A stretch of DNA of 64,000 nucleotides from Ignavibacteriota bacterium (GTDB lineage Bacteria > Bacteroidota > Ignavibacteria > UBA10030 > UBA6906), in contig CAWDEM010000008.1 of assembly GCA_963801355.1 (NCBI GenBank), forward strand, positions 1,504,001 to 1,568,000, read 5' to 3'. The notes beneath the pieces were generated by a model, which saw only the letters and a list, made by a program, of their open reading frames with translations, did no database searches and was not told where the DNA came from. Of this stretch, positions 59,922-64,000 are shown in pieces. The translations under genes were made by a program, and so were the position numbers. Position 1 is the first letter of the stretch, and each line of letters starts with the position of its first letter.

Positions 59922-61126
59922 ACGTCCTGGTCTTGAATTGCGGCAGCTCCTCGGTCAAGTATCAGTTTATCGACGGGATCGCGAAGAAGAAACTGGCAGG
60001 CGGGGTGGTCGAACGCATCGGCATGAGCGGCGCAACATTGACAAATGTGCGCCATGACGGCGATGAAGTCAAGATTGCTGGTGAGATCGTGGATCATACC
60101 GTGGCGATCGAATACATCCTCGCGATTCTGCTGAGCCGATCCCACGGTGTCATCAGCGACAAATCCGACATCCACGCCGTTGGGCACCGGGTGGTGCATG
60201 GCGGCGAAACCTTTTCGGGTTCCGTGTTGATCACCAAAGAGGTGGTCCACACACTCCGCGAGAACATCGAGCTTGCGCCCCTGCACAACCCCCACAATCT
60301 GCGCGGCATCGAGGCGTGTGACGCCAATCTCCCCGGCATTCCCCAGGTTGGTGTCTTCGACACCTCCTTCCATCTGGGTATGCCGAAGAAGGCGTATCTG
60401 TACGGCATCCCCTATTCCCTGTACACGCAGTACAAGATCCGCCGTTACGGCTTCCACGGCACGTCGCACCGCTTTGTCGCCAACCGCGCGGCCCAACTGC
60501 TCACGCGCAATTATGCCGACCTCAAGATCGTGACCTGTCATCTCGGGAACGGATGCAGCATGGCCGCAGTCGACCGCGGCGTTTCCGTGGACACCACCAT
60601 GGGGTTCACCCCGCTGGAAGGGCTGCTGATGGGCACCCGGAGCGGCGATCTGGATCCCTCCGTCATCCTGTTCCTGATGGCCAAGGAAGGCCTGACGATG
60701 AACGAAGCCTCAACACTGCTGAACAAGCACAGCGGGCTTCAGGGAATCTCGGGCGTCAGCAGCGATATGCGGGAGATCATCGCCGAGATGAACAACGGCG
60801 ACAAGAAGGCCACCTGGGCTTTCGAAGTCTTCTGCTACCGGGTGAGGAAATACATCGGCGCCTACGCTGCTGCCATGGGCGGGATCAACGCCGTGGTCTT
60901 CACCGGCGGCATCGGAGAAAACAGCAAGGAGGTCCGGAAATCCTGCTGTCAGGATTTGCAGTTCCTTGGCATCGATGTCGATGAAGACATTAACGCCTCG
61001 CCGGACAAAGAGAAGAATATCTCGAAGGCGGGAACCTCCACTGCCGTATTGGTCATCCCGACGAACGAGGAGCTGGTCATCGCGCTCGACACAGAAGAGA
61101 TCGTCGAGAAGCTCCCCAGAGGTTAA
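59918..61126 (+). CDS. ackA: Acetate kinase
   Basis: LNCGSSSVK, GHRVVHGG, APLHNP, YGFHGTSH, GTRSGD, FTGGIGEN, PTNEEL. Confidence 0.97.
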   Translation: MNVLVLNCGSSSVKYQFIDGIAKKKLAGGVVERIGMSGATLTNVRHDGDEVKIAGEIVDHTVAIEYILAILLSRSHGVISDKSDIHAVGHRVVHGGETFSGSVLITKEVVHTLRENIELAPLHNPHNLRGIEACDANLPGIPQVGVFDTSFHLGMPKKAYLYGIPYSLYTQYKIRRYGFHGTSHRFVANRAAQLLTRNYADLKIVTCHLGNGCSMAAVDRGVSVDTTMGFTPLEGLLMGTRSGDLDPSVILFLMAKEGLTMNEASTLLNKHSGLQGISGVSSDMREIIAEMNNGDKKATWAFEVFCYRVRKYIGAYAAAMGGINAVVFTGGIGENSKEVRKSCCQDLQFLGIDVDEDINASPDKEKNISKAGTSTAVLVIPTNEELVIALDTEEIVEKLPRG

Positions 61127-61725
61127 CCTTCAAACTGTGCGCCGCCGCCCGTCGCCTGTATGAGCTCCTGCCGGAGCGACTCCAGCCGCGAGCGGCGGAT
61201 TTCCAACCGGAAGTGGACAATCTCGTCGTAGCAGGTGCCGGCAATGCGCGCGCCGGAGCGAGAGACGACGTGCATGACCTGACTGACCCGGGAATGGTCC
61301 ACGGCAACGAGGAGTGGTGCGGTGATCAGTTTCACCTCCCGCCCGGCCTGCTTCACGGCAAGCGACGCTGCTTCACCATACGCCCGGACCAGCCCCCCCG
61401 TTCCCAGCTTTGTCCCCCCGAAATACCGCGTCACCACGACAAGGACGTTGGTCAATACCTCATGGTCAATAGCAGCAAGAATGGGCTTCCCCGCAGTACC
61501 CCCCGGCTCGCCGTCATCTGAAGTCCTGCTGTCCTGCCCGTCAACGCCGATGCGGTATGCATAACAGTGGTGGGTAGCGTCATGAAATTTCCTGCGGATG
61601 GACTGCAGAAATTCCTCCGCTTCCTCTTTCATCCCTGCAGGGACCGCATCTGCAATGAAGCGCGAGGCAAGTATGCGCGTTTCGGCGTGTCCCGCCCGCG
61701 TCACGGTGGCGTATTCATCGACCAT
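61123..61725 (-). CDS. yigZ: IMPACT/YigZ family protein
   Basis: SRFIA, ATHHCYAY, SDDGEPGGTAG, VTRYFGGTKLGTGGLVRAY. Confidence 0.93.
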   Translation of the reverse strand: MVDEYATVTRAGHAETRILASRFIADAVPAGMKEEAEEFLQSIRRKFHDATHHCYAYRIGVDGQDSRTSDDGEPGGTAGKPILAAIDHEVLTNVLVVVTRYFGGTKLGTGGLVRAYGEAASLAVKQAGREVKLITAPLLVAVDHSRVSQVMHVVSRSGARIAGTCYDEIVHFRLEIRRSRLESLRQELIQATGGGAQFEG

Positions 61726-61867
61726 AGCTGCAATATACGCCGAGATTCCTCCTGTTCAAAACCGGTCCCCGTACGTTTCCCTTACTCCCTCACGCAAGGT
61801 TCCATCGTGAAGGGTCCCTTGCAGCTTACCTTGCCCTTCTGTATCTTCATCCGAACAGAGGAGAACG

Positions 61868-62998
61868 ATGAAAATCGGCATAGTTTGTTACCCGACGTAC
61901 GGCGGAAGCGGTGTTATTGCGACAGAGCTCGGCAAGGCGCTCGCCGACCGCGGCCACCTCATTCACTTCATCAGCTATGCCATGCCGATGAGGCTGGACG
62001 GCTATCTCGGCAACATTTTTTACCATGAAGTGGAAATGACAAGTTATCCCCTCTTCGAGTTCCCCCTCTACACGCCGGCGCTTGCGAGCAAGATCGTTGA
62101 AGTGTCCCGATTCGAGAAACTGGACATTGTCCACGCGCACTATGCCATCCCCCACGCCACAAGCGCCTATCTGGCCAAGCAGATACTGCACGACGAGCTG
62201 CGCGTGATCACGACGCTCCACGGTACCGATATCACGCTGGTAGGCCTCGAACCCAGCTTCCTCCCCGTGATGAAGTTCAGCATCGAGAAAAGCGACGGCG
62301 TCACCGCCGTGTCGCGGTTCCTCCGGGAGAAGACCCTGACCAACTACGGTATCGAGAAGGACATCCGCGTTATCCCGAACTTTGTCGACACCGAGAAGTA
62401 CCGGCGCATCGATTGCCAGCAGGTGCGCGATCGATTCGCCTCCGCAGGAGAGCGGGTGCTGGTCCATGTCTCGAATTTCCGGCTTGTCAAGCGCGTCCCG
62501 GACGTCATCCGCATTTTCAATGAGGTCCTGAAAAAAATCCCGGCAACCCTGGTCCTCGTGGGCGACGGCCCGGACCGCTCGGCCTGCGAACATCTGGCCC
62601 ATGAGCTCGGTCTCCATGACCGTGTGCGATTCCTGGGAAAGCAAACCGAACTGGTTCCGATTCTTTCTGCCGCCGACGTGATGCTGATGCCAAGCCAATC
62701 CGAAAGCTTCGGCCTGGCAGGCCTGGAGGGGATGGCCTGTGAAGTACCGTTAGTCTCCACGAGCGTCGGCGGACTGCCGGAACTGCAGGTCCACGGCGAA
62801 ACAGGATACATTGCGGAAATCGGCGACATCGACCGGATGGCGCGCTATACGATCGAACTCCTTTCGAACGACGCCCGCCTCGCCCTGTTCCGACGCGCTT
62901 GCCGGGCCCGGGCCGTCGAGCAATTCGACCTCAAACGGATCGTCAGTGACTATGAACAGTACTACGACGAATGCCTGCAGGCGTCTCCATCACCATAA
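61868..62998 (+). CDS. bshA: N-acetyl-alpha-D-glucosaminyl L-malate synthase (bacillithiol biosynthesis)
   Basis: KIGIVCYPTYGGSG..ATELG, HAHYAIPHA, TTLHGTDIT, HVSNFR..KR, ESFGL. Confidence 0.95.
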   Translation: MKIGIVCYPTYGGSGVIATELGKALADRGHLIHFISYAMPMRLDGYLGNIFYHEVEMTSYPLFEFPLYTPALASKIVEVSRFEKLDIVHAHYAIPHATSAYLAKQILHDELRVITTLHGTDITLVGLEPSFLPVMKFSIEKSDGVTAVSRFLREKTLTNYGIEKDIRVIPNFVDTEKYRRIDCQQVRDRFASAGERVLVHVSNFRLVKRVPDVIRIFNEVLKKIPATLVLVGDGPDRSACEHLAHELGLHDRVRFLGKQTELVPILSAADVMLMPSQSESFGLAGLEGMACEVPLVSTSVGGLPELQVHGETGYIAEIGDIDRMARYTIELLSNDARLALFRRACRARAVEQFDLKRIVSDYEQYYDECLQASPSP

Positions 62999-63009
62999 GG
63001 GAGGCAACA

Positions 63010-63312
63010 ATGACGGAAATTGTGCGCTGGAACAAATCCAAAAAACCTACGCTTGTTGAACTCCAGGCAATGCTCCGGGCGGAGGGACTTGCCCATGAGC
63101 TCTATGCAGACGCCCCGCATACAAAATACGGTCGCCATAAGCATGCGTTTGAAGATTTTATCGTCATCGTCACAGGGAAAATGAAACTGGTCACTGACCT
63201 TCACGAGTGGACATTGAAACCGGGGGATCGGCTCAACCTTCCGGCGAATACCGTCCATTCAGCGGAAATGATGGGCAAAGAAGAAGTGCAGTATCTGTCA
63301 GCTGCAAAGTAG
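63010..63312 (+). CDS. Cupin domain protein
   Basis: HKH...E and LKPGDRLNLPANTVHSA motifs; GGAGG site. Confidence 0.88.
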   Translation: MTEIVRWNKSKKPTLVELQAMLRAEGLAHELYADAPHTKYGRHKHAFEDFIVIVTGKMKLVTDLHEWTLKPGDRLNLPANTVHSAEMMGKEEVQYLSAAK

Positions 63313-63354
63313 GAGTCTACCGGCACCGCGAGTGAGCACGACGTCTGCGGAAGG

Positions 63355-63912
63355 TCACATCCTCCCCGTAGCACCCTTCCGTCGTACCATCCAATCCACA
63401 AAACCCACGAGGGGCACCATGAGCAGGACCATCACGGTGATCTTTCCCGCCTGACTCCCGAATGCCATGTGAATGATCCGCGTCAACCAGCCGCTGCTTA
63501 CCGCGTACCCATGCTCCAGCCACCTCCCTGCACCATCCAGAAGCACCTGTCCCGGCAGCTCCTGCTGCATGTTTCCGACTTCACCGGTCCGGGCAAGGAG
63601 AATCCACACCACAGCTGCCATTCCCACCACGAGCAGTACTCCGACAATCGACGCCGCGTGTTCGAGAATCCGAAAGAGCCAGGGCACCGGCGGCTGAATG
63701 CCCAGACGCGAAAGCACGCGCTGTGTGAATTCCGGTCCGGGGGCGAGAACCGGCGCGGTCCGCATGAGTCGGTCAAACGATACGAGGCATGCGTACGTCG
63801 CAGCGCAGGACGTGCAGAGGTCCAGATGACGCCGGACCGGGAAGGCCGCGTTGCCGTCCAGCTCTCCGTCGGCGAGGAGTTGAAGGGTTTCGTGAGTTGG
63901 ATGCTCTGTCAT
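63355..63912 (-). CDS. Zinc-binding (HxxxCxxC) membrane anti-sigma factor
   Basis: LADGEL...RRHLDLCTSC followed by TM helices. Confidence 0.85.
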   Translation of the reverse strand: MTEHPTHETLQLLADGELDGNAAFPVRRHLDLCTSCAATYACLVSFDRLMRTAPVLAPGPEFTQRVLSRLGIQPPVPWLFRILEHAASIVGVLLVVGMAAVVWILLARTGEVGNMQQELPGQVLLDGAGRWLEHGYAVSSGWLTRIIHMAFGSQAGKITVMVLLMVPLVGFVDWMVRRKGATGRM

Positions 63913-64000
63913 GCCGCCCTCACTTCATCGTTGTATCGTTCCATCAGCCGCTTGCGAAGGAGTGACCTCCCCCGGAAGAGATGTGTTTTCACGCTGCTCA
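63909..64000 (-). CDS. ECF sigma factor, C-terminal fragment (gene starts beyond the window)
   Basis: Manual translation SSVKTHLFRGRSLLRKRL...RAA* fits sigma region 4.2. ATGA overlap with the anti-sigma gene. Confidence 0.8.
   Translation of the reverse strand, partial: SSVKTHLFRGRSLLRKRLMERYNDEVRAA

Overview
GC-rich bacterial chromosome segment. Canonical TTGACA/TANNNT promoters, Shine-Dalgarno sites, bshA, DUF2723 and PorV/FadL-like barrels suggest an Ignavibacteria-like Bacteroidota; this is inference. Family assignments come from motif recognition only, with no database searches. The first 12 kb is an accessory region downstream of an initiator tRNA-Met gene. It holds a DUF2723 gene, a TonB-dependent receptor preceded by a CxxC/IFHPP uORF, an IS whose transposase is split by an RmInt1-like group II intron with perfect EBS/IBS pairing, and a beta-propeller sensor kinase/NarL pair with a likely target lipoprotein. 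GH2 and GH27 glycosidases follow. The best candidate for an undescribed system is the GntR-led operon at 17275-24061: meso-DAP dehydrogenase-like, DUF6917-like, SelA-like PLP enzyme, 85-aa protein, a single-chain B12-domain/TIM-barrel mutase-like protein (1-nt frameshift) and a KamB-like reactivase. It resembles a cobalamin-dependent amino-acid catabolic pathway I cannot match to a known one. Further on are a SAM-I riboswitch with metY-metX-lysC-asd, an apparently exported AmmeMemoRadiSam cluster, duplicated outer-membrane barrels, a coupled dinB operon, a CsgG/LPP20/CHASE2-cyclase/M48 envelope cluster, an ABC operon with a 33-bp start-site repeat, hbd-ackA, yigZ, bshA and an ECF sigma/anti-sigma pair.
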